Source of the DNA: Marsupella aquatica
Taxonomy: Eukaryota > Plantae > Marchantiophyta
Assembly: GCA_973895155.1 (NCBI GenBank)
Contig: OZ316898.1
Span: 6,869,079 to 6,933,078, forward strand
Direction: 5' to 3'
DNA length: 64,000 nt
In this document: in pieces, positions 1 to 12,380 of the stretch
Layout of the letters: each line of letters opens with the position of its first letter
Position numbering within the stretch: the first letter of the stretch is position 1
Program-made: the position numbers and the translations under genes
Notes under the pieces: model-generated
Database searches by the model: none
The model's input: only the letters and a program-made list of their open reading frames with translations
What the model was told of the DNA's origin: nothing

Positions 1-39
1 TGGACCTCGGCAGCTCACAAATTTTGCTCAGCAGCGATG

Positions 40-1300
40 TCACCTAGACCCTAAACACGCAATGCATACATCTCCTAGACAACTATACTTGCAGCCACGA
101 GGTGAGTCCGCGTCGATAGGGGATTGCAGCCTTACCTGTGCCGATGTAGCACCAAGCCGCCCTAACTGAAGCTGTGTAGCAATCCGCAGCAATCGCTCAA
201 TGCAAAACAAGTCCCCGGTTGGCCTTGCAGCCCGATCATCCACCTTCAACCCTGCCACCAAGCAATGAGCTCTCCGCTATTGCTCACCCTAAACCTTCAA
301 CACTCCCGCAAAGTTGTGTCTTCCCGCAAGATTGGGTGCGTGATTGATTCGGCGATTGTAACAGCAGGCAGCCGCAATCGGTCGCAGGTCATGGATACAC
401 AAGCTCCAATGTGCTCCCTTTAGCTCAAACAATACCAGTTGTCGCTCACCACCAACACTTTCAGCAACAACACATATTTGTTGTAGTCCGCAACTTAAAC
501 CTTAGCCATGGGGTGGTCAATCAAGTTCCGCAATGCCTAAAACACCGACCACCTGACTTACATGAAATGTGCACACAGCTAAGCTCACCTGCAGCTCACG
601 CCAACCACATTGGGACAACTGAAGTGAATACTGCCATAGCTGAACTCAACTCCTCGCGACTCTTTCGCGCCTCTGTAGACTGCCTTACTCATAGTGCCCA
701 ACGCAAAAAAAGGCCCGGTCAATGTTGCAGCCACGATGATCCACCTCACGCTAGATAGTTGGCCTTCAAGATCACTCCCCACTTTCTTGCAGCTCCCGGC
801 CCTCCACAACTCCTCGTCCATGGCAGTGCTGCAAATCAATAAGCTCTTGGTTGTAGCTCCTCAGTTGTCGGTCACAGCTGCAACAACAGAAGCTCGTAAC
901 CTTACGATGGAAACCCGAAAAAAGCACCTTCCCGCTTGCCAAAGAGCGACACTGTCAACACTCAACGAACGACACTTTGACTCAGTTTCTCCGAATAGTT
1001 TTGGAAACAATTCGTAGACTGAGAACGAGGAATAGGGTTGTGGTATGCATTGGACAAGAAGTCAGTGAGTGAGGTAGTCGACTCTCGGCCACAAAGAGCA
1101 GAAGACAAATCAGACGAGCATGAAGACCCCGACAACAATGACATATCCAGACGACGAGCAGGGACTTACGCAATAAAGTCTAGCCTTGATCAAGCACTGC
1201 TGCTGCACCTGCCTGCCATCACCATCTCTCAAGCGGGAGTGAAGTCCGTAAAGCTCCTCGCACAAAACCCTTCACAAAACCTTCAGGCACGATGAATGTC
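40..1300 (-). pseudogene. Degenerate coding-like region of unknown product, probably TE-borne
   Basis: Minus-strand ORF pieces (40-261, 585-839) are joined by protein-like reading frames interrupted by stops (VADYNKYVLLLKVLVVSDNWYCLS*REHIG...). No family motif recognised. Confidence 0.25.
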
Positions 1301-2346
1301 CCTGGCCGTAAGCACAATGGACAAGCTAGTTTTTCCCTAAACCGAGTTCCCGCGCACATTCAACTCAAGTTTGCACTCTGCTGCCGTGTTAAACAAAACC
1401 CGCGCACCCTAAACTTGTGTCCAAAGGCACACTCACGCACATTTAAGTGGAGACACTAGTTCACAAAAGAGACACAAAAGTCTATGATTTGCCTAATTAG
1501 TTTTTTTCCTTTGAAACCAAAGGACTTACGCAATAGTTATATGTGGGGTGAGTGGTTAGTCACAACTTTGAACCACCCCCTTTGGTGAAAATGTGGCCAA
1601 ATAGTCAGGTATATATGACCCCACATTACCATTATGATAAGTACACTTTTTTAGGGTTGGGGTAGTGAAGAGCTGATCATATATATTTAAGTTTGACATT
1701 TAAGTTGGACTTATATTGAACATGAACCATGCATTGGTTGTCATATATGAAGGGGGCATGGGAAACATGAAGGTTTATGGGGCATGGCAATAAGTAAACC
1801 CAACCTAATAGTAATTGGGTGATAATTAAGCACGCCTTTGGCACGACCAGAAGACGGCGATAGAAAAATTAGAGATTGACTACAAAAAGCATTAAGTTAG
1901 GTTAGCAAGCTTTGACAAATCCTTTTTGCAGTTGAATGGGGCTGGGGCGCGCTTCATGGTGTCTAAATGGGGGCAGGAATAATGATGGAATACTCAGTAA
2001 TGGTTTCAAATGGTATGACCTGACTATAATAAAATCTATGTTGGATGACATATGGTGTATCCAAAATCATATGTATTGGGTTAGATCCCATACTTTAAGG
2101 TTGAAGGGCTCAAATGTTGTGCTCTCATAAGTTGTACTCTAATGTAGAGTCACTTGTATGACTTCAACCTAATTGCCTTAACTGAGTTATAGTTACAACT
2201 TCCCTAAAAGTTGTAAACATGACTCCTCAAAACTTCACCAAAACTCAGTCAAGAAGGTGTGACTAACATGACACCAACAACTTTGGAGTTGCTGTTTCAT
2301 GAAGGTCTCGGACAAGTCACATTCTTTGTGGTCTCAGAAAGGGTGG

Positions 2347-2359
2347 GTTTCTTCTAGTG
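2347..2359. mobile_element. Possible right terminus of a CACTA/EnSpm element (left end outside window)
   Basis: GTTTCTTCTAGTG is the reverse complement of CACTAGAAGAAAC, a typical CACTA TIR start. No partner TIR or TSD can be checked here. Confidence 0.25.
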
Positions 2360-2369
2360 CCTTTGCACT

Positions 2370-3020
2370 CATTACATGATTGGTCCACATTTATTCTCAG
2401 AGGGGATATAAGAGGACAACGCGGCCAAATGTCTTGACCCTAAGTGGATGGTTGTTGTCCACCTAGGAATCTACAGTTCTTAGGGCTTACAGTTTCCAGA
2501 TTGGTGTTATTGTATGCATTTATGAAGTGTAAGACGTAGAGTAAATAACTTCAGTAGTAAGTTAAGAATGATTCTTGTGCTACCAATGCCCTAGGCCAGG
2601 CTACAGCCAAGGCAGCTCTGCTCAAGGAGGAGACATCTTGTGCTCTTTCCCTTGGGGATCTTTTCTACTAGTTAGCTATGGAGGTCTTTGATGCTCACAA
2701 CCCTATCTTTGACTGTTTCCTTTGAGCTTGTGCAGTGTTTTTTGTAGAATAAAGGACTTAACCCCAACCTCAATCCTCATTGGCTTCTTAGTTTGGAGAG
2801 CAGACTTTGGTTGTTCTACATTGAGCCACACATTCTCTATTCTCTGTTTGGCCAAGATAATGAGTTCTAGGGCTTAATATACTCTTTGTGACACTTCTAT
2901 GCTATTCACTAGGGAGCTCTACCAGACTTTTCAGTTGTAGCTGAGCAGGGCTTTAGTTCTTGTGTCATTCTTGGGGACTTTTGGGGTTGTTGTGTTGTGG
3001 ACCCGTCTTTGCAACTATTC
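2370..3020 (+). mobile_element. Degenerate 3' fragment of a CRE-like non-LTR retrotransposon (endonuclease C-terminus plus T-rich tail)
   Basis: Translates to TAKAALLKEE...AMEVFDAHNPIFDCFL*ACA, which parallels ASRAAQTKEAKY...PLALEIFGRLHPQFDGLLRQAA in the 44939-45673 ORF. Confidence 0.5.
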
Positions 3021-4914
3021 TCTAGCAAAGGAAACTAAGGCATGGAAGTACCATCTCAGGAACTTGGTCGGAAGTCAGACCCAAGAACCTAGAGATGAGC
3101 ACCTAGTTGGCCCAATCATAATACCTTGAGACATGCCCGCAACAGGCGTAGGGATCTCACCTTGTTGCTAAGTGAAGTCAAGAATTACTTATATATTAGG
3201 CACTGCACTGGATTCATTTGTAGTTACTTGTCTGGACTCAAGAGCTGCAACACACCTATACTCATTGGCCATGGCCAAGGGGGTAGCGGGTAGCGCATGT
3301 AGGCCGCATCTGGACCAAGAAACCATCGCGCATTGACTCGCATCACAACCACCCCTGGACTGCTTGGCGTCTGAGTACTGGTTAAAGGGACTCTTGGCCG
3401 GACCACTAGCCCCGGGCATTTAAAAGGGGCATAACTTTTGGCCCCAAACTCTGTTACTTTGAGGACTGTGAGACCTAGTTGTGATCAATGTTTTGGCACC
3501 AACGTGTATATAAAAGTCATACTAACATTTATAAGTCCTCCAATTGAGGCCCCAAAGATGGCAGACCAAAGTCCCGACCAAAGTTGGTCTGAGGGTAGCA
3601 CATCTCCTGAAACATATATGAGGGGGTACCCTCGCCTAGCCATCAAAGAGCTTGCAATCAAGTTGTCTATCCCCTTCAAGTAGCTACCTGGGCTAGTGAG
3701 CCGGCCACTTGGTGGGAAAGCCATAAGTTGGCAAACTAAGTGCAAGCATGGAGAGGTTGGTTGGCTTCCAAAGCTCAAGTCACCCTAAGGGCAGGCCTAA
3801 GGGGTGGTGATCTTGCGGGGGGCTAGCTAGTTATCCTATGCACTAAGACCCATATATAGTCAATAGCTAAGCCTTTGGACCCGTATGTGTGCAGCCCATT
3901 GTGAAGCTTGAGACATAGCATATAAGGTGAAAGGGATGCTTGGGAAGGGAATGGTGCACAACATGTTGGCTCTTTGGTGTTCTAGGGTTTTTCCATTGTT
4001 TTCCTCCTTTATTGGGTTTCTTGTCTTGTCTCCAGGTCTGGATTGTTTTCCTTCTTTTGCAACATTTCATATAAGTAGCCATGTTGAATTCATTGAGTAA
4101 AGCATCTATTCAAAATAAAATAGAATGAAAGGTATCAGCATATAATAGTCGTCTAGTGTTGAGCAAAAGACTATACTCCCTACAACATGCACATGTGACC
4201 ATCCAAGACAAGAGATAGGCCTTCATCTTCAATGAGACTGTGTCCTCTTGAATACTCAAAAGATTTATTCTACTCTAGGTCCATAGGCCATACCAAGTCT
4301 CCCTAGGACAAGAAAGCTCTCCAATGAAGGGAATAGATCAGTCAAGCCCTAGATTGAGTATATTCGAAATTGACTTTGGGAGACCAACCATGAGTCGAGG
4401 ACAGAGGGGTATACTCGATTTCTTTTGCAAGGTCCCGCGCACTAGATTGAAATTCACAGACCTCGACTCTTGTGAAAGGCGTTCTTGTGAGACATTGTCA
4501 AGGATGGCAATTCCCAGCCAGGAATTTAATAGTGGACAACGAGGGCGTGGAAGAGTAGCCATTTGGAGAATACCTAACTGTTGTGCACGAATTAAGGAAG
4601 CTGCACCGAGCATGAGCTCAAAGTTGTAGCCTCTTAAATCTGTAATGCATGGGTCAGGCAACAGTTAACTGATAGGAACTTAGTCGATGTTGTGTCTCGC
4701 TCTGTTGCTTCTCTGATGTTGAAATCCACAATCTAATACTCGGACGGGAATCTCACTGCACCTCTTCCCTTTTATAGTGCCCGTGGTAGTTTAAGTAGAA
4801 CTCTAGACATTTCTTGCTCGAAGTTTCTTTGATTTCTCCCTCAGCGAAATTCCTCTTTTGCCCCTATGATGATGGTGGAAGGATTCATTGTCTGTAGTAA
4901 CCACATTTTTTATT

Positions 4915-5222
4915 GCTCGAGATGAGAGTATCGGGATGGCAGCGGTGTATGAACTTCAAGCTCAAGGACTGGTAAATGTGTTGTTCCAAACACTCGATGT
5001 TACTGATGCAACCTCGTCCGCGAAGCTAGCAAGCTGGATTAATGCGCAAGTGCTCTTGTTCCGGTTCTCCGTACGTGCCTTCCATATATGCAATTGGAGC
5101 TTGAGGTGCAACACACATACTTAGCCTCAATTGAACTATGGGAAAACTAGGGATCAATCGGAAATTTTGCGAACCATATGTATGGAAAAGTAAGAGATTC
5201 CCACAGCAGGCTTGAACTATGA
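4915..5222 (+). pseudogene. Fragment of a short-chain dehydrogenase/reductase (carbonyl reductase / neomenthol dehydrogenase-like)
   Basis: ARDESIGMAAVYELQAQGLVNVLFQTLDVTDATSSAKLASWI matches the plant SDR segment TARDxxRGxxAVxxLxxxG...FHQLDVTDxxSxxxLAxxI. The TGxxKGIG N-terminus and the YxxxK motif are absent. Confidence 0.6.
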
Positions 5223-7189
5223 GGTCTGCCTGTCTGTACAAAATTATGACATACCGGCAGCTTGATCACGCAATCGAGCGCTCTCTACATGTTTTGTGTT
5301 TTGCAAATTTTAGCTTGCTGTATAGGACAGAGGCCTGAGCAACGGAGATAATTGACCGGACGGATCAAGTTCCGGCATCGATACAAACGGAGAAGAAGTG
5401 TTGGGTTGGAGAATGGCTGGGAGTAGCTGCTGTTTGGGTCGAGTGATTTCACCAGACGGTCATGTGAGTGCAAGTCGTCTCCGAGAAGAATGTTGGGACT
5501 TGATGGCACGGTGGACGATCGGCGTCCCCGTCGGCATCGGGTATTCAAATTTGTCACGAACTCCGTCATGAGCAAATGTCAGTTTTCATGTCGGGGAAAG
5601 TCTTGACAAAAGTTAAGTGCCATTTTTTCAGCACTTAACTTTCTAGTTAAGTACGCACGAAACGACCATGCTAACTGCGTGTCGTTAAGACGCTGATAAT
5701 TCATTTTAAACCTCGGGACGTTAATTGCACTTCGGGAACCCAGGGGTGGTTATTTTTGTAGTTTAACAAGAAATGCTTAAAACATAACTTTTGATGGGAG
5801 CCCACCCTTTAGGTAGGGTCATACAATTAGCTGTTTTGAGTTGACGAGAGACTGAGAGAGACGGGGCTCACAAAAATCCGAACTAAATTAAATACTCTCA
5901 GTAATCAGTTCAGCTTTGGTGTTTGGCACAGTGGTTGGTTGGAAGGGTAGGTTGGAGGTTGTTGGTTCGAAGCTCTTCGGATTGAAGCTCCGTGAGTTTG
6001 TGGAGTTTTGCCGTACTAGATCGTGTGCAGATCATGGCAAGATGTCGACTGAATTTCATATTTCATTCTGTAATATTAATTACACAAGCGAATGAGACGT
6101 ACATACGAGACATGATCGACTCAACAGAGTACTAACAGGACAAAGACTATTAAAGTTGTACCTCAACCTCTCTTCTCTGGATGATCATGTTTAGACTAAG
6201 TTTTCAGCTGTTGCTAGGAACACCTTGATAGCCTTGAGTTCCGCACAACGGTCAGATGTTCGAAAGATTATAAGAATATATTTACATGAATGTTTGTACA
6301 CGCGTGTGCCCAGTGCTAAGAAAATGGAAAGGGTTCAATAGATGGTCTGAATGGCATTGCAACGAAAGTATCACTACATGACGCAACTTCTTGGCCTTCG
6401 AAGAGTTTTTCTTGATTGTTCTCATGATCTTCAATCAAAGCCTTTCGATGTCAGTGACAAAATTCTGATTAGTTCAACGCGCAAAGCTGGGCTCTGAAAG
6501 AATCATGATTGGAAACTACATGACACACTAATCCCGGGTCTAGTTGAATGCTTTCAATTTCTGTATAAGACATGCAATTGACAGCTTGGTAATCTTGACA
6601 AGCTATCAACCAACAACACGCAGCAGGTATGTCTGTGTTGCACAAATTTTTATTAAAACACTTGATTAGGTGAGCGAATTGCAAACGGATTAGACCAGTC
6701 TAGACGAATCAGACCACGACATCGTGGTCTCTGCTGGGTGTTACGTCCTGTTCTATACTTGTTGCAGTGTTGCACACTGAAGACGTGCTCGGAGACTACA
6801 TACCCATGACGTTTCATCAATGATGAGTCTAGCACGCATACATTTAGACTTCAAGGTCTAACAACTCTCTCTGTGTCAATAGGATTCTTTGAATTTTGTA
6901 TAAAAATCTACTGTGAGTCGTTGAATTATCTGTACGTCCAATGGTATAACATACAGGAGTGTTTTATTGCTGTGTTTACTAAACTGACGTCCAAGTTGTG
7001 TGAAATACAGGCGCATCTTGGTGTATAGAGTCTCATAAGAATCTTACGCGAGAGCATCTCCAACCCATACAATATGGCTTAGAATATTCAAGCTTTAAAA
7101 TTAGTAACCTGAGTTATTCTTTCTGTGTTGCACTATAGAGTACTCATACATTCCCTGTCCTTAGAGGGCAGGTAGCTGCTGTTTATTTT

Positions 7190-7432
7190 AGGGTGTCTGA
7201 ACAAATTCCTCTTCCTGACTCATATGCTATTTATTTTTGAGTTTTATCAGACTTTTCAGTTTGCTCTGTTATCTAAACAAGTTCGTCTTCCTGACTTGTA
7301 TATAAAATATGCTATTTCTTCCTGAGCGACTTTTATCAGGCTTTTCAGTTTACTGATGATTTCAGGGGTGCCTAAACAAATTTCTCTTAGTGACTCTTAT
7401 GCTTTTGATTCCCGAGTTTTACTGAACTTTTC
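7190..7432. repeat. Degenerate tandem repeat, about 3 units of ~80-110 bp
   Basis: Recurrent aacaaattcctcttcctgactcatatgctattt...ttttatcagacttttcagttt motif. Confidence 0.6.
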
Positions 7433-7825
7433 AGGTTGGTCCCCGTAGGGTTTTAGTTCCTTTGCTACAGGGGACTCTCAGACTTTTTGGCCCTTTGGTA
7501 CTCTTGGCGTTTGTTCTTTGTGTTGTCCCCTATCTCTGACCTCTGGGAACCCTGTGTCCTGGTTTGAAGTGTCTCCTGCTTTAAAGCTTTTTGCTCTTTG
7601 GCAGTGATATATTATTTAGATCAGATGTGGAAATGTGACAGTTCAGATCTGAATATTAGAATCCAATGCTGATTAAACAGGATATTCAGGTCCATAAAAT
7701 TCAGAGACCTGAACAATTGGATCTAGTCGAGGATCTAGTGAAAGGAAATGATAAATTATTCAGGTCCACCTGAATAAAAGGTGATGTATTCAGTGAGATC
7801 TGGAAAAGTTTCGGGTCCCACAAAA

Positions 7826-8140
7826 CTGGCCTACAGACTGAGTGACTCGGTGATCAGAACTTTGCTAGGCATCAATCTCTGTCACATGACCATCCATTTC
7901 TGAAGGGGTGGCTGAGAGATTGGATAACTTGGATACTAACATGCATATGCTGTTGATTTTCTGACTGTCAGTTCGTTGGGTTTGTCTGGCCTACAGACTG
8001 AGTGACTCGGTGATCAGAAGTTGCTAGGCATCAATCTCTGTCACATGACCATCCATTTCTGAAGGAGCGGCCTGACAGATTGCATAACTTGGAAACTAAT
8101 ATATGCTGTTGATTTTCTGACTGTCAGTTCGTTGGGTTTT
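7826..8140. repeat. Tandem duplication, 2 x ~160 bp
   Basis: ctggcctacagactgagtgactcggtgatcagaa...gactgtcagttcgttgggttt occurs twice (7826 and 7986). Confidence 0.9.
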
Positions 8141-8149
8141 GGGAAACCT

Positions 8150-9010
8150 CTAAGGCGTTGAGGACATTCTTTCTCGCATGGACCCTTTGCTGATCACTCA
8201 CGGAACATAGAAAAAGGAGTAACAATCACAGGTGGGAACCAAGGTCGGCAGAATTGTCAAGGAAGCCTTGGGAAAATGAATCCCGAGTCAGAATTATCTA
8301 CTCATCTATGCAAAGTCAACGAGAATCCAAAGGTTCATCATATATTGCCTATCAGGAAACCAGGTCACGTACTCTTGGTGATCTTGGCGCTCTTGGCTTG
8401 TTTGATCTTTCACTGAGCGAGGATCACATTTTTTCTATATTCGAGTGGCTATGTGGTTAGTGCCAGTCGAAGGAGGACTTATCGCGGTCCATAGAGCTTC
8501 TGGTGGCAAAATCGTGATTCTAGTGGCCAACCTTGGTTCACTTCCGGTTAGCTTGGTTAAAAGAGTTACATAATAGTCATTAAACTGCTGGTTTGGCATT
8601 CGAGTAACTTGACAAAAAGTGTGGCAATGTAACGAATCTTAATTGTGAAGTACGCCTCCTCAATCGAAGGATGGTCAGCCTCCAAACTTGTGTAAAGATG
8701 ATGAGTCTCACAGTTCTTTTATATCTGTGAAGGAACGCCGGTCAATCGAAGGATATGGTCAGCCTCCAAACTTGTGTATTGTTGGTGGTGAAGCCTGAAT
8801 CACCAGAACCCGGTATAGATTCCTTCAGTCATGGCGATCTTCACTTTTCAGAGATCGCATTTCCCTCCATGATCTCCGATTTGCTGTTAGAATTGTTGCA
8901 CAATTTACAGACATATTCATCTTCTGCGTACTGTACCTCGAAGGGGTCTCTTATGCTATGGATTCAAAAGTTATTCGCTCTAACTGATCTCGTACGCTCG
9001 GAAAATTAAC
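8150..9010 (+). pseudogene. Possible degenerate F-box protein pseudogene
   Basis: VEDILSRM (F-box-like) is followed downstream by MWLVPVEGGLIAV...ILVANL..LP, resembling the GGL...VxNP..LP segment of plant F-box proteins. Many stops and frameshifts. Confidence 0.3.
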
Positions 9011-9931
9011 TGTTAACAGCAGGCTGGAATGGTCCGTATAAACTTTTCCGCCTTGAGGATCAAGGAATGGAGGATCATCCCCAATTTCTAGAGCTTTCTG
9101 ACGTGTTTGTTTCCTTCATCCTACTATATATTCTGGACGTCAAGAAGCTGATTTCACGTTCAACGCGAAAGTCCGACTAAGCCTTTCTATCGTGAGCTAG
9201 ACATCGATTTCGACTCTCGAGAGAATTGCCTGGAATCCTAAGATAAGCTCTTCAGATTGATCTTACACTGGATGAAACGCTGCTGCCGTTGGTCGATTTT
9301 TCCAGTACTTTACTCGTCATCGAAACCAATGATGCATCCTTCACGAGAGAAGTCCGGGAGATGAAAAAACTTCGGGAGTCCTGTCGCAGTGTCGCAATGC
9401 GGCTGTTCGTGCAAATCAGAACAATCTCGATCCGTGCGCCCAATTGATGTTGCCATGCCATGTGCGTCATCAGGTATTGCAGGTCGGACTGTTCACTGAA
9501 TCCGTAGGTGACTTGACGTCGCAGTGCGACAATTAAAGTTAATCAAAATAAGACGAACAGTCTTCACTGGGAAACTTATTTCGAAAGGTTTTCTTTCTGG
9601 TCTGTTCTTCTGTAGCGATATAAAGCAGGAGAACCCACGTGCAATTATTCTTGTTGACATTACAGGGTGACCCAATTTCGATCATAGACGGAACCCAGGC
9701 ACATAGTTAAAGCACATAGTTACGTACACCGCTCAAATGCTCTCGACACAAATGAAACAAGCCTGTCATTGGATCGCATCGATGGAAGTTATCCACTCTG
9801 GGAATAATTTATAAATCATTTGACATTACGAAACTCAACTTACTGGAACCATGAATCTTGAGATCGCTTTGGAGAGGTTTTCGCATGTGAGAATTGAATC
9901 TTACATCAGCCAAGAGAAATTCCAATTGGAC

Positions 9932-10130
9932 TCTAGGTTTCTAGAGTGAAGTATCAAAATCTAGGACCCCACCAAATGTATGAAGAGAAGTTACAATAGG
10001 GGTCTAGGTTTCTAGAGTGAAAAGTCTCAAAATGTGGGACCCCACCAAATGTATGAAGAGAAGTTACAATTGGGGTCTAGGTTTTTGGAGTGAAGTCTCA
10101 AAATCTAGGACCCTACCAAATGTACAAGAA
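9932..10130. repeat. Tandem repeat, about 3 x ~71 bp
   Basis: tctaggtttctagagtgaag..tcaaaatctaggaccccaccaaatgtatgaagagaagttacaat repeated three times. Confidence 0.9.
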
Positions 10131-10141
10131 TATGATGAATT

Positions 10142-10636
10142 CTCGGTTTGAACTTGTCTGACAAATAGGGGCATTGGGGTCCGACATCCGACAGATGTCG
10201 CCCCGATCGATCCCGGCCGGGTAACGGGGGTCGGGTTGGGTGAGGGTCGGGTCGGCCCGGGGGGTAGGGTCGGGGGGCTCAGTCGGGTCAGGGTCGGGTT
10301 GGGGGGTTGGGGGGTCGGGTCGGATCGGGGGGTCGGTCGGGGTCGGGTCGAGTCGGGGGGTCAGTCGGGGGGTCAGTCGGGGGGGTTGGGGTGTTGGTCG
10401 GGTTGGGTCGGGAGGTCGAGTCAGGGGGTCGGGTCGGGGGGGTCAGGGGTAGGGCCGGGGGGATCGGTCGGGGGGGTCGGGGTGTTGGTCGGGTTGGGTC
10501 GGGGGGGTCGGGTCAGGGGGTCGGTCCCAACCGGGGAATATAGAGGAATATCCGACAAATTACCCATTTTTGAGCCGACAAGCTGTCATTTGTCGTGTCC
10601 GACAAGTAGACACCATGTCCGACAATAAAAACCTGG
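10142..10636. mobile_element. Non-autonomous hAT-like MITE with an extremely G-rich (GGGGTC-like) interior
   Basis: Perfect 8-bp flanking direct repeat GATGAATT (10134-10141 and 10637-10644). Imperfect TIRs: ctcggtttgaacttgtctgaca vs rc ccaggtttttattgtcggaca. Subterminal (T)CCGACA motifs at both ends. Confidence 0.65.
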
Positions 10637-10774
10637 GATGAATTGGAAGTCAAGATAATAATGCAGACTAATTTTTGTCATCATTACTATTGTCATAGGG
10701 AGAGAATAGGATGTACTGTATGTCAAGATCATAATGCATGCTGATTGTCATCATCACTCAAAAAATGGGCATAG

Positions 10775-11034
10775 TTCAATCCCCCCTCCGGGTGTGGAGG
10801 GTATATGTATGTGGATGGGATGGGTTTTGTGGGTAGTGGATTGGAGTTCTGATTATCTGTTCGGCCCCTGGTTGCCCACTTTGAGGCCCTGATGTAATCC
10901 TCTCTCCTTCCTGGTGCGGGTCCCTGTCAGATCCGTTGGGGCTCACCCTTGTCTGGGTTCCCTACAGAAAAATTGTCACATTGGGGTGGGGGGAGTCTAA
11001 TTGTATTTGCTCCCCATTTCCGTTCAAGACAAAA
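10775..11034 (+). mobile_element. Short retroposed insert (SINE or 5'-truncated LINE 3' end)
   Basis: Poly-A end at 11031-11040 and a 15-bp direct repeat AAAAAATGGGCATAG at 10760-10774 and 11035-11049, the signature of target-primed reverse transcription. Confidence 0.75.
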
Positions 11035-11605
11035 AAAAAATGGGCATAGGCTTTGTTAATATATTGTTGAGAGTACTGGATGACTCGCACTTCACGAGTC
11101 GTACTTCTATGACCTACCTCTGCACTGTAGCAGTATTTGATAGAAAGAGGATTTCATTACGGACTAAATGGACAAGTTATTAACAATAGATTTCCCGAAA
11201 TGAACGCACAAAGTCATCCAGAAGACGGAATCGTGAATGATCGATGGGCTATATGCGTGAAGCAACGGAAGCTGCAGTGGCCTACGAGTGAACAGCAGCA
11301 CGTCGTCCCTAATTTGGCCTGAGTTCGGACATCTTCACGATGAAGTGCTTTGAGATAAGTTCTCAGAGAACTCCCATGCCTCCTGGTGATATTCGGGCTA
11401 GTGATCGAATGGAGCAGCTGGGTTGAGGCTGAAACAAATTTGACAAAACTCGAGAAGAAGGTAAAATTTGAAGGGTTTAGTGCTGTGTTTGTTCCTGCTC
11501 ATGTCTCCCTGCTGTTGTTTCTATCACCCCTCCCAATCATGAGAGTGTTGGCATAATTGGCTAGTGTCCTTCCACAGCAATGTTTCCCGTAGTCACCCTC
11601 TCCTC

Positions 11606-11685
11606 ACATAACTGTGTACCAGGTAGCAATGTGTCTTTGGATCCACATAACTGTGTACCAGGTAGCAATGTGTCTTTGGATCCAT
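11606..11685. repeat. Perfect tandem duplication, 2 x 39 bp
   Basis: cacataactgtgtaccaggtagcaatgtgtctttggatc occurs twice. Confidence 0.95.
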
Positions 11686-12086
11686 GGAGGGCTTCAAGCT
11701 TCAACTCCCCTGCACGAGAATTACTTCACATTTGTAAGTTAGAAGTGAGTTCATCCTTTAGTTCAACTGCTACCTACATGCCATATTTTCCTTGCGTATT
11801 CTTAGCTTATAGGCTTTAATTCTAACTTGCCAAGTACTAGTTTAGCTGCTTCTTATGTCATGGACCTATTTTTTCTTCTCTTGCTTATTCTTCTTATAGA
11901 AAATGGTTCAAACTTGGCAAATCTTCTCATATATAGACACCCTTGACTTGTAGTCACCCTCTCCTCATGGACGGATCTGACTGCTGACCACTACAAAACA
12001 TACCTAGGGTGGGCAAGAGATCGCCACCCCTCCCCAAAGCATGGATCCATGATGTCTCCATATCTTCTTAGAGCTTCCCGGGGTCC

Positions 12087-12380
12087 TCACTTCTTTGCTT
12101 TAGACCCATCACTTGCAAATAAATATAGGGTTTCTTATTGGGTTCAGTGAAAGTCTTTTAAATTTTGTTGAAGAATATTTAGTGTTTTTGTAAATCCAGT
12201 CTTTAGAATTATAAGAATCAAATAAAATTTAAACCAAATCCATGAATATTCCAAAAAATATACCATTAAATTAAGGGTAACCAAATTACTTTAAAATATT
12301 TATGTATTTATTTAAATTTTAGGGTTTTTATCCCCAAAAAGTTAGCTCGTGATATGGAACACCCCTGGATTTAGGCCCCC
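12087..12380. repeat. Left arm of a ~290-bp diverged inverted repeat (partner at 15781-16047)
   Basis: ccatcacttgcaaataaatatagggtttcttattgggttcagtgaaa...gtgatatggaacacccctggatttaggccccc is a diverged reverse complement of 15781-16047. Confidence 0.8.

Noticed and set aside
4150-4790. Minus-strand gene after a TATA-like CTATAAAA at ~4775
   Set aside because: Only fragmented frames with no recognisable motif.
10236-10628. Gly-rich ORFs (130, 70 and 78 aa)
   Set aside because: Translation artefacts of the G-rich low-complexity repeat, which is open in all three frames.
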